This document shows positions 57,050 through 64,000 of a stretch of DNA of 64,000 nt, in pieces. How positions within the stretch are numbered: position 1 is the first letter of the stretch; each line of letters begins with the position of its first letter. Where the stretch lies: assembly GCA_041576165.1 (NCBI GenBank), contig JBFGLM010000009.1, forward strand, positions 32,001-96,000. Direction: 5' to 3'. Source of the stretch: Acidimicrobiia bacterium (GTDB taxonomy: Bacteria > Actinomycetota > Acidimicrobiia > Spongiisociales > Spongiisociaceae). The position numbers were made by a program, and so were the translations under genes. The notes below the pieces were generated by a model. That model had not been told where the DNA came from. It did no database searches and was given only the letters and a program-made list of their open reading frames with translations.

Positions 57050-58419
57050 GGCCACTCGTCAGACTCGTCCTGGCGCTCGGTGGTCGCACGAGCGACCGCC
57101 AGGTCGACCATCTCCGCCGCTGCATGTACCGGAGGCGTGTCCAACAGCTCCTCGATCGCCTCGAGAGTCAGGTGCTCGGCGAGTGCGGGTTGGGACAGGA
57201 TGGTTTCTTTCAAGTCACGCCCTGCCGACCAGCCGTCGCGCAGCGCGCTGAACAGCGCGTCCTGGGCACGGTGCTTGCCCAGCGATGTTGCCAGGGTTGC
57301 CAGTACCGCTTCTGATGCCCAGTAACCTCGAGTCTGATCGAGGTTGCGCCGCATGGCGTGCGGATCGACGTCGAGACTGCCCACGAGGTCCCGAGTGATC
57401 CGCAGCGAGGCACCCGTCAGGAGGCAGATCTCGGGAAACGCCACCCACTCCACCTTCCATCCTCGCCCGTCACGCTCGTGGCTCTGTACCGATCCGTCCA
57501 GAATCGTCTGCGCATGGGAACGGATCAGCCGCCCGAGGGTGACGAGGTGCTCGGATCCTTCCGGGTTGCGTTTGTGGGGCATAGTGATGCTGCCGACCGC
57601 CGCTGTGGAGCCGGCTTCGCCGAACTCGCCGATCTCCGGACGTTGGAGCTCATAGATTTCGTCGCCGATCCGAGCGAGGGTTGTGGCGATCATCGCCATG
57701 AGCAGACTGAATTCGACGACCCGGTCGCGGGTGGTCGTCCAGGAGACCACGGGGTCGAACAGCCCCAGCAGGCTGCAGTAATCGGCGCGTACCGCCAGGC
57801 CGTGGTCGCCGAAGAACGCAAGAGTGCCGACAGAACCGGCGAGTTGGCCGACCAGCCACCTGGTCTGACCCTCTCTCAACCGATGCAGGTGACGACGTAT
57901 CTCGTCGGCCCAGGTTGCGATTTTGAAGCCGGCCGTGATCGGGGACCCAATCTGTCCGTGTGTCCGGCCGGCCATGACCGTGGATCGGTGGCGGACCGCC
58001 ATATCGAGGAGGTCCTTCTCGATTGCGCGCAGGTCGCGCCACGCGACGGCGCCCATTCGTTTCATCGTCAGTGCGGCCCACGTGTCGGTGATGTCCTGCA
58101 CGGTGGCGCCGTAGTACACGTACTGCGAGACGTCGGGAGGCAGCACCTGCTCGAGTCCCCGAATCAGGCCCAGCGTGGAATGAGACGTCGCCCGGGTTTC
58201 GGCTGCGATGTAGTCGAGGTCGAGACGATCCGTGTGGGCGTGGGTCGCGATCTGGGCGGCGGCTGCGTGCGGGATCAGCCCGTTCTTCGCCTGCGCATCG
58301 GCAAGCGCTACCAGGATGTCAAGCCAGGCGTCCAACCGCCCGGCCTCGCTGAAATGATCGCGCAACTCGTCCGTTCCCCAGAGGTGCGCATACATGCTGG
58401 AGTCAGCGATGCGGGACAT
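57046..58419 (-). CDS. adenylosuccinate-lyase-like protein (XcbD-like)
   Basis: YYGATVQDITDT, AGRTHGQ, GQLAGSVGT, GSITMPHKRNPE, HERDGRGWKVEW; start set at ATG 58419. Confidence 0.82.
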   Translation of the reverse strand: MSRIADSSMYAHLWGTDELRDHFSEAGRLDAWLDILVALADAQAKNGLIPHAAAAQIATHAHTDRLDLDYIAAETRATSHSTLGLIRGLEQVLPPDVSQYVYYGATVQDITDTWAALTMKRMGAVAWRDLRAIEKDLLDMAVRHRSTVMAGRTHGQIGSPITAGFKIATWADEIRRHLHRLREGQTRWLVGQLAGSVGTLAFFGDHGLAVRADYCSLLGLFDPVVSWTTTRDRVVEFSLLMAMIATTLARIGDEIYELQRPEIGEFGEAGSTAAVGSITMPHKRNPEGSEHLVTLGRLIRSHAQTILDGSVQSHERDGRGWKVEWVAFPEICLLTGASLRITRDLVGSLDVDPHAMRRNLDQTRGYWASEAVLATLATSLGKHRAQDALFSALRDGWSAGRDLKETILSQPALAEHLTLEAIEELLDTPPVHAAAEMVDLAVARATTERQDESDEWP

Positions 58420-58420
58420 G

Positions 58421-59332
58421 TCACCGTGGCGACGGGTCGACCGGCTGCGAGGCCTCGGCTCGGGGGGAGCTCGACGCACTCCCGGCCAGCGCGACTGCGG
58501 CCTCCAGCCCGGCCCGCACGCCGTCCAGCGTCGATCCCCAAGGAACGTAAACCGTGCCACTGCGCACTTCCATGCCCGATTCGAGCAAGCAGCATTTTGT
58601 GAGGATGACTGCGCCATCGGGTGCTGGCCGCCGCTTCGGGCAGAAATCGACGATCGGAGCGGCCTCGCCGTAGAACCACGTGTGGATCTGCTGAGACCGG
58701 GTGCAGCCAATCAAGGTCCAGTCGCGCTTGGGAGGGCGCTGATCGAGATAACTGATGTCGGCGCGGCCTCGGTCGGACGCCGCGCCCGCACACGGTAGGA
58801 GGTACGGACCGTCTCCCACGATGAGGGCGTCCAGATCCTGGATGTCGGCGATCAGCCGGATCGGGGGGAGATCCTCGGAGACGTCGATGATCCGTTGTGC
58901 TTGGTTCAACAACTTCGCCGGATGGGGTGGAGTCACGTCCCGTATGACGATCTCCAGGGGTTGGGGATCCACGATGAAGCTCACATGTTCATATGCGCCG
59001 ACGACGACGACGCAGCGCCTGCCCGGCGCCTCTCGGTGGGCGACCGCCGCCAGGTTCGACGGGATGCCCGTATCGAGGTCGGGATCCCGAACCAGAACGG
59101 TTTCTTCAGGACTGGCGACCAGCTCCACCCGAGTCACGGGGGAGAACAGTGGCTCCTCCGAAGCCTTGTCTACCGCGATCAGCGCGGTGTCGTCGCCGGA
59201 GATCACCACGATGTATGACGTACGTCGGTACACCTCACGCCCGGTGAAGAATTGTTCCAGCGCGTCGGGGTGGAGATCGAAATCGACTTCGGACACGGCA
59301 ACGTTGCGGTACTGGTCGGGAGTGAGGTTCAT
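58421..59332 (-). CDS. conserved Cys-rich protein of unknown function
   Basis: 303 aa coupled to comA by ATGA; YRRT, G.YEHVSFI, LLPC, LIGCTRSQQIH, DFCP, LTKCCLLE, VPWG. Confidence 0.8.
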   Translation of the reverse strand: MNLTPDQYRNVAVSEVDFDLHPDALEQFFTGREVYRRTSYIVVISGDDTALIAVDKASEEPLFSPVTRVELVASPEETVLVRDPDLDTGIPSNLAAVAHREAPGRRCVVVVGAYEHVSFIVDPQPLEIVIRDVTPPHPAKLLNQAQRIIDVSEDLPPIRLIADIQDLDALIVGDGPYLLPCAGAASDRGRADISYLDQRPPKRDWTLIGCTRSQQIHTWFYGEAAPIVDFCPKRRPAPDGAVILTKCCLLESGMEVRSGTVYVPWGSTLDGVRAGLEAAVALAGSASSSPRAEASQPVDPSPR

Positions 59333-60105
59333 GAGGCGTCGCCGCCCGGGGTCAAACCCTCGCCGAGCGTGTCGGCCCGGAGGCCGCGCCGGAGCGCCTC
59401 GAGCGCCAGCACTCCGTCGGGTGCAATGTTGCCGAGGGACACATTGGATCCGAACGCACGGATGAAGGCGACCTGCTGATGCGTTTGGGGAGCTTCGAAC
59501 ACGACCCGATCGAGCGGGACTGCGTTGACAATGGAATCAACGATGTTCCAGCGCAGTGATCCGTCTGATGAGTAGAGACCCGCAGTGCCGCTCTGCCTGC
59601 CCTCGGCGATGAGCCAGCTGGCGCCCGCGTCGAGGTCCTCGCTCATCTCGTGTGCCCAGGTTTCTGGTTCCATCGTCTCGGAGGGATCCTTGCTGCCGGC
59701 TTCGGCCAACACCTGGAACCGGCCGGAGGCCCGCTCGATCAGCTCTCGTTTGGCCGCCCGACCTATGCGGCCGAGGCTGTCGGAGACCTCGAGGCACGGG
59801 AACCCGATATCTCGCGCCCAGGCGAGACATTCGTCGGTGCTCGACTCCAGCCAGGCCGCTTCGAGTAGCGTGCCGCCAACACAGGCGAGGACGCCAGCGT
59901 CCCGAAGGAGCTGCACCTTCTTGTCGATGGTTGGGTCGAGAAAGCTCGTTCCAAACCCGAACTTCCAGATGTCGGTGTACTCGGCGGTGACGTCGAGCAA
60001 TCCCCGGACGTGCTCGATGGGGACGCCCGTGTCGATGACGTGGGTGAGCCCCGACAGGCGCGGCTTCGCCGTGCGGTCGCGCCGGCCAACCGACCAGGGC
60101 GTCAC
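59329..60105 (-). CDS. comA: phosphosulfolactate synthase (ComA/XcbB family)
   Basis: KPR..GLTHVIDTG, DIWKFGFGTS, GGTLLE, LEVSD, EAGSKD, AEGRQSG, FEAP, LEALRRGLRADT; AGGAG RBS before GTG 60105. Confidence 0.9.
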   Translation of the reverse strand: MTPWSVGRRDRTAKPRLSGLTHVIDTGVPIEHVRGLLDVTAEYTDIWKFGFGTSFLDPTIDKKVQLLRDAGVLACVGGTLLEAAWLESSTDECLAWARDIGFPCLEVSDSLGRIGRAAKRELIERASGRFQVLAEAGSKDPSETMEPETWAHEMSEDLDAGASWLIAEGRQSGTAGLYSSDGSLRWNIVDSIVNAVPLDRVVFEAPQTHQQVAFIRAFGSNVSLGNIAPDGVLALEALRRGLRADTLGEGLTPGGDAS

Positions 60106-60219
60106 GTGCCGTCTCCTATACTCAACGTCTGTGCACTTTACTACCATCGTAGAGCGGCCAACCGGGGTCCGACCGGACCGGTGCACCCTGGGTTCATGCT
60201 ACGAGCCCTGCAGTCTCCC

Positions 60220-61170
60220 ATGACCGACCTGGAGCACGTGGTCGCCGCGTTCCGTGACCATGCCGGGGTTGCCCAGAAAGCGCCGATCCGGGTTGTGTCC
60301 GACCTGGTGGGCACGAGCGATTGGCTCACAGGGCCCGGTGACGACGCGGCGTTCGTGCCGACGGGCGGCGGGCGCATCGTCGTCGGAGGCGAGGCCATGT
60401 TTCCGCCTTTCGTCGACGCCGACCCTCGCGGAGCCGGCTTTGCGGCGGTACTCACCAACGTGAACGACCTGGCGGCAATGGGGGCGGTGCCGCTCGGCAT
60501 TCTGGATACGATCGTGGGGCCGGCAGATGTGGCGCAGCTGGTCCTCGCCGGAATGCGTGACGCCAGCGCCATGTACCAGGTGCCGATCATCGGCGGTCAT
60601 CTGACGGTGCGCGATGGGCCGGCGGCGGTTTCGGCGTTTGGTATTGGAGAGGCGAGCGAGCTGCTGTCGGTGCGCAACGTCGAGCCGGGCCAGGCCATTC
60701 TCCTGGCGTGCGCACTGGACGGAACCATGCGAGAAGATTTCCCCTTCTTCGCCTCTTTCGAGCAGCGGCGTGATCAGATGGCCGGGGACGTGCGCACGCT
60801 GGCCGAGGTCGCCCGCTCCAAAGGAGCAGCGGCTGCCAAGGACGTGAGCATGGCCGGGCTGCTTGGATCGCTCGCCATGTTGCTGGAGGCACGTCAGGCG
60901 GGCGCCCTCGTCGACCTCGGGGCGATCCCGGTACCGGTCGGGGTGCCGATCGAGCAGTGGCTCATCTCGTTCCCGGCCTATGCCTTCTTGCTTTGTACAG
61001 ACCGAAGTCTCGTCGATCATTGTCGCCGTCCCTTCCTGGACCGGGGGCTGACGTGCGATGTGATTGGTGAGGTGACCGATTCGGGAGCGCTCGTGGTAGC
61101 AAGCGGAGACGTGCGCGCAACGGTTGTGCAGTTCCCGGATGACGCGTTGACCGGAATCGCCCCCCTGTAG
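60220..61170 (+). CDS. AIR-synthase-related (PurM/HypE/SelD fold) protein, sll0787/NitF-like
   Basis: GDDAAF, FVDADPRGAGF, NVNDLAAMG, IIGGH, AAKDVSMAGLLGSLAMLLE, WLISFP. Confidence 0.88.
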   Translation: MTDLEHVVAAFRDHAGVAQKAPIRVVSDLVGTSDWLTGPGDDAAFVPTGGGRIVVGGEAMFPPFVDADPRGAGFAAVLTNVNDLAAMGAVPLGILDTIVGPADVAQLVLAGMRDASAMYQVPIIGGHLTVRDGPAAVSAFGIGEASELLSVRNVEPGQAILLACALDGTMREDFPFFASFEQRRDQMAGDVRTLAEVARSKGAAAAKDVSMAGLLGSLAMLLEARQAGALVDLGAIPVPVGVPIEQWLISFPAYAFLLCTDRSLVDHCRRPFLDRGLTCDVIGEVTDSGALVVASGDVRATVVQFPDDALTGIAPL

Positions 61171-61180
61171 AGTCCAGCGG

Positions 61181-61708
61181 CTACGGCGTGAGCGGGATCC
61201 GCATCAGTTGGTGCATCACGCCGTAGGCGGGTGCCGGTTGCCCGTCCTGGTGCCAGCCGAGGTGCTCGAAGAACCGGACGTTCGAGAGCTGCACGGTCGC
61301 GATCATCTCCGCACCCCCGAGCCGGCCGGCCGTGCGCACTGCGGTCTGGACCAGGCGCTTGCCCACGACCATCCGGCGGAACGCCGGAAGGACGGCGAGC
61401 CGGTCGCCCTTCCACAGCCCGTCATCATCGATCGGATAGATCCTGACGGTGCCGGCGGCGACGCCCTGCACATCGGCCACGAGGTGGACGGACGATTCGT
61501 CGCGGTCGTGGGCGTCTTCGTCTGTGCCCGCAAAGATCTCCTGTTCGACGACGAAGACCTCGTGCCGGAGCCGGGCGCATATCGATCGTTCCTCAGACGT
61601 TGCCGCAGGGCGGCACACAACCTCGGGCCGCCCTCTGGTGAGCGGCTCGAGGTCAATTGACGGATCGAACGGGGATACGAGTTCGGTCGCGGTCCGCTGA
61701 CGGCTCAC
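61181..61708 (-). CDS. GNAT acetyltransferase, MSMEG_0567 N-terminal/NitE-like
   Basis: LRHEVFVVEQEIF.GTDEDAHD, GTVRIY, WKGDRLAV, ATVQLSNVRFFEHLGW, HQLM. Confidence 0.88.
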   Translation of the reverse strand: MSRQRTATELVSPFDPSIDLEPLTRGRPEVVCRPAATSEERSICARLRHEVFVVEQEIFAGTDEDAHDRDESSVHLVADVQGVAAGTVRIYPIDDDGLWKGDRLAVLPAFRRMVVGKRLVQTAVRTAGRLGGAEMIATVQLSNVRFFEHLGWHQDGQPAPAYGVMHQLMRIPLTP

Positions 61709-62825
61709 GGCGGCGGTACTCCTCTTCGATCAGGCTCATCCCGGAGCATGCCTGGCACCGGGCGCAGCCGGCCGAGACGGTCCAGGATCCGATTCCCCGA
61801 TCCACCAGGTAGGGCACGACCCGGCGATAGATCGATTCCGTGTACGCGGCATCTGGCGGCAGCAGGTCCTCGAGCAGGCTTCCTGGAACGGGCCGGAGCG
61901 GGACAATGAACGGGTAGACCCCCATGTCGATCGCCCGTTTGCAGCCCGCCACGGTCAGGTCGGGATCCTCGCCCATCCCCAGAATCACATAGGTCGATAC
62001 CTGGCCTTCACCAAAGACGTCGACCGCTCGCTCCCAGGCCGCGAAGTACCCCTCGATTCCGGTTCGCGCCTTCGGCGGCGCCACATTCGCGAGCGTCTTG
62101 GGATCGAATGATTCGACATGAATCCCGACTGCACCGACACCCATGTCGCGGAGCCGATCGAGGGTGTCGAGGTCGTCGGGCGGCTCAAACTGAGCCTCGA
62201 CCGGAAGACCGCTGGCGTCGTGCATTGCCTGGGCGCACTTGCCCAAGTAGAGCGCGCCCTTGTCGTGTCCGTACGTGCTGCCCGTCGTCAGCGTGATGTC
62301 GACTGCACCGTCGAGCTCCTTGGCCGCCACGGCCACCTCAGCCAGATGCTCCGGGCGCTTCGCCGGGATCGTGTTGCCGGACTCGAGCGACAGCTCGATC
62401 CCGCAGAACTTGCATTGATCGCTCGTGTTCCAGTAGGCGCATTTCTGGACAACCGTGCTGGCTAATGAATCCAGATGCAGCAGTGCGATCTTCCAGTATG
62501 GGATACCGTCTTCGGTGCTCATGTCGTAGAACTTGGGCCGCGGGGCGACTTCCGCCGATGCCAGACGTTCCGGTCCTTTGAAGATGCCCCAGCTACCCAG
62601 CAGATCCTGGCGCAACACGTACGGCGAGTCCTTGACGAAATCTGCGCCTACCGGTGCGGTGACGTAGACGCCTTCGATGCTGATCATCCCGGCGTCGGAT
62701 GGCCCGGCGCCGCCGACGCGGGTGGTATCGGCGCTGCGCTCGATGCGCAGGCCGACACTCTGGATGTCTGCGATCAGCGGCGCCAGCTCGGGCCGCATCG
62801 CGGAATGGCTACCAGGCTGCGCCAT
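61653..62825 (-). CDS. radical SAM protein, MSMEG_0568/NitD-like
   Basis: GGAGPSD, RPKFYD..T.DGIPYWKIALLH, LASTVVQKC-x8-CKFC, AQFEPP, GQVSTY, C-terminal GCARCQACS. Confidence 0.9.
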   Translation of the reverse strand: MAQPGSHSAMRPELAPLIADIQSVGLRIERSADTTRVGGAGPSDAGMISIEGVYVTAPVGADFVKDSPYVLRQDLLGSWGIFKGPERLASAEVAPRPKFYDMSTEDGIPYWKIALLHLDSLASTVVQKCAYWNTSDQCKFCGIELSLESGNTIPAKRPEHLAEVAVAAKELDGAVDITLTTGSTYGHDKGALYLGKCAQAMHDASGLPVEAQFEPPDDLDTLDRLRDMGVGAVGIHVESFDPKTLANVAPPKARTGIEGYFAAWERAVDVFGEGQVSTYVILGMGEDPDLTVAGCKRAIDMGVYPFIVPLRPVPGSLLEDLLPPDAAYTESIYRRVVPYLVDRGIGSWTVSAGCARCQACSGMSLIEEEYRRREPSADRDRTRIPVRSVN

Positions 62826-63669
62826 AGAGCTCCTCGAAGTTTTGATGGAACACCCGGTTCTTCAGCTCCTCGCTGACGTCGGTGCCCTCGATCTTCCAGT
62901 ACTCGCCCCAGAAGTCGCTCCAAGGCTCATCCGAGGCGAACAGCACCCGGTCCTCGCCGACCCCCCGCTTCTCGATTTCGTGGAGCAACCACCGGGTGCC
63001 GAACCCGACGGTCCAAGTCGTATCGGCATAGACCTTGTAGCCCTCTTCAACCCAGTCGAGGAAGCGGGGCACCAGTTTGATGTGCCCGCTCACGCCACCG
63101 CCGAAATGTACAAGGTACATCTTCACGCGTTTGCCGTACTCCTCGACCAGGGGGATGTAGTTGTTGATGTCCGACCCGCCGCCGGGGCTCGTGTGGAAGT
63201 GGAACACCAGGTCGTGCTCTTCGGCCGCATCGAAACAAGCATCCGCCACTTCGCGCGTGTCATCGTCCCATTCGTTCGGGTTCGGGTTTCCGCCCAGGAG
63301 GAACGTCGTCTTGAGTGCGACCACCCGGCCCTCGCCGGCATGGCCGAGCGATTCGAGCGTCATGTCCTTGTTCTGTGGAAGGAACGAGACCCACAGCGCG
63401 CCCGCCAGCCGGTCGCTGGTCGTCACCGCGTCGAGCATGACCTCGTTCAGCGAGAACGGCTGCGACTGGACGGGGATTCCGTAATTGGGGATCACCAGAC
63501 CCCGCTCAACGCCATACGAATCCAGATGTTTGATATAGGCCGCCGTGTCCGGAAAGTCATAGACGGTGGGGCTCACCGGTTCCTTCAAGTCGTAGAACTG
63601 CCACGGTTCCATGGCGCCGATGTGGCTGTGTCCGTCGATCACTGGTCGGGATACCTTCGGGGAACTCAT
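62809..63669 (-). CDS. amidohydrolase-family metalloenzyme
   Basis: IDGHSHIG (HxH), FHFHT, LVHFGGG, VLFASDEPW; GAGGGAGG RBS. Confidence 0.88.
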   Translation of the reverse strand: MSSPKVSRPVIDGHSHIGAMEPWQFYDLKEPVSPTVYDFPDTAAYIKHLDSYGVERGLVIPNYGIPVQSQPFSLNEVMLDAVTTSDRLAGALWVSFLPQNKDMTLESLGHAGEGRVVALKTTFLLGGNPNPNEWDDDTREVADACFDAAEEHDLVFHFHTSPGGGSDINNYIPLVEEYGKRVKMYLVHFGGGVSGHIKLVPRFLDWVEEGYKVYADTTWTVGFGTRWLLHEIEKRGVGEDRVLFASDEPWSDFWGEYWKIEGTDVSEELKNRVFHQNFEELYGAAW

Positions 63670-63676
63670 GAACCAT

Positions 63677-63819
63677 CCTCCCTCGATCGCCAGGTGAGTG
63701 CCCCTTCGTGCCGGTGGCGGGGCTCACCGGGTAGGTCGCTGCGAAAATGCCCGGCTGCCAGCTGCCGAGGTGGCCATTTACTTTCCGCAACGTCCATCTT
63801 CTATCTGACACACACTATA
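63677..63819 (-). promoter_or_regulatory. -10 element and structured 5' leader of the amidohydrolase-radical SAM-GNAT unit
   Basis: Minus-strand TATAGT at 63819-63814; two long hairpins (63791-63738, 63728-63693) before the RBS. Confidence 0.5.
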
Positions 63820-64000
63820 AACCACTGGTCCCTGTGGCTGCAGTGACGGCAGTGCCGCCGGTACACGCTGTACGTGCCGAGCTCGGCGCCGATTCCGGCC
63901 CACAATTGTGGGACCGGCATCAACTATCCTCAACATTGCATGGCTTTTGGTGGACGGCGCGGCGACGGGTGCTGCGATTCGGGACGAGACTCCCGATGAG

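Noticed and set aside
54582-58419. Calling the lyases argH and purB
   Set aside because: Catalytic motifs are altered and there is no arginine or purine operon context
60220-61170. SelD/ThiL/HypE call or a selenium system
   Set aside because: No N-terminal Cys/Sec-x-x-Lys of SelD, no C-terminal PRIC of HypE, no in-frame TGA; motifs fit sll0787-type proteins
63690-63730. Guanidine-II or ANTAR RNA in the leader
   Set aside because: Only one ACGA, not in a tetraloop; no twin ACGR or hexaloop hairpins
1-64000. CRISPR array or rRNA
   Set aside because: No regularly spaced repeats or rRNA-like sequence seen; the repeats at 17656 and in SBP linkers are coding

Overview
High-GC actinobacterial DNA, most like Acidimicrobiia (inferred from gene content and many apparently leaderless genes). 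1-26.3 kb is mostly housekeeping: a Liv-type ABC transporter, glgA + GH57, gatCAB, an ECF sigma/anti-sigma pair, serA, pgpA, an S9 peptidase and gltX. tRNA-Glu(UUC) at 26366-26438 is followed by a ~10 kb decayed island closed by a 14-bp repeat of the tRNA 3' end at 36528-36541. The island holds IS481, IS110 and integrase relics, a cyclase-STAND ATPase, two toxin-antitoxin pairs and TetR/OsmC. Next come ppdK, a CoA transferase/CitE pair, arsM and a LacI/ABC/GH32 sugar operon. The standout is 51947-63669. It has four enzyme families matching the bacterial coenzyme M (Xcb) pathway: ComA, two aspartase/fumarase-family lyases with altered signature loops, and a PLP D-cysteine-desulfhydrase-like enzyme. 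These sit with a Cys-rich unknown protein, a Nit1C/MSMEG_0567-0568-like module (radical SAM, GNAT, AIR-synthase-like, amidohydrolase) and AllG/AllH-like (DUF1116/DUF2877) genes. No alkene/epoxide genes are in the window, which suggests an uncharacterised CoM-like thiol/sulfonate-dependent pathway. All assignments come from motif recognition by eye; no searches were run, and the cluster may continue past the right edge.
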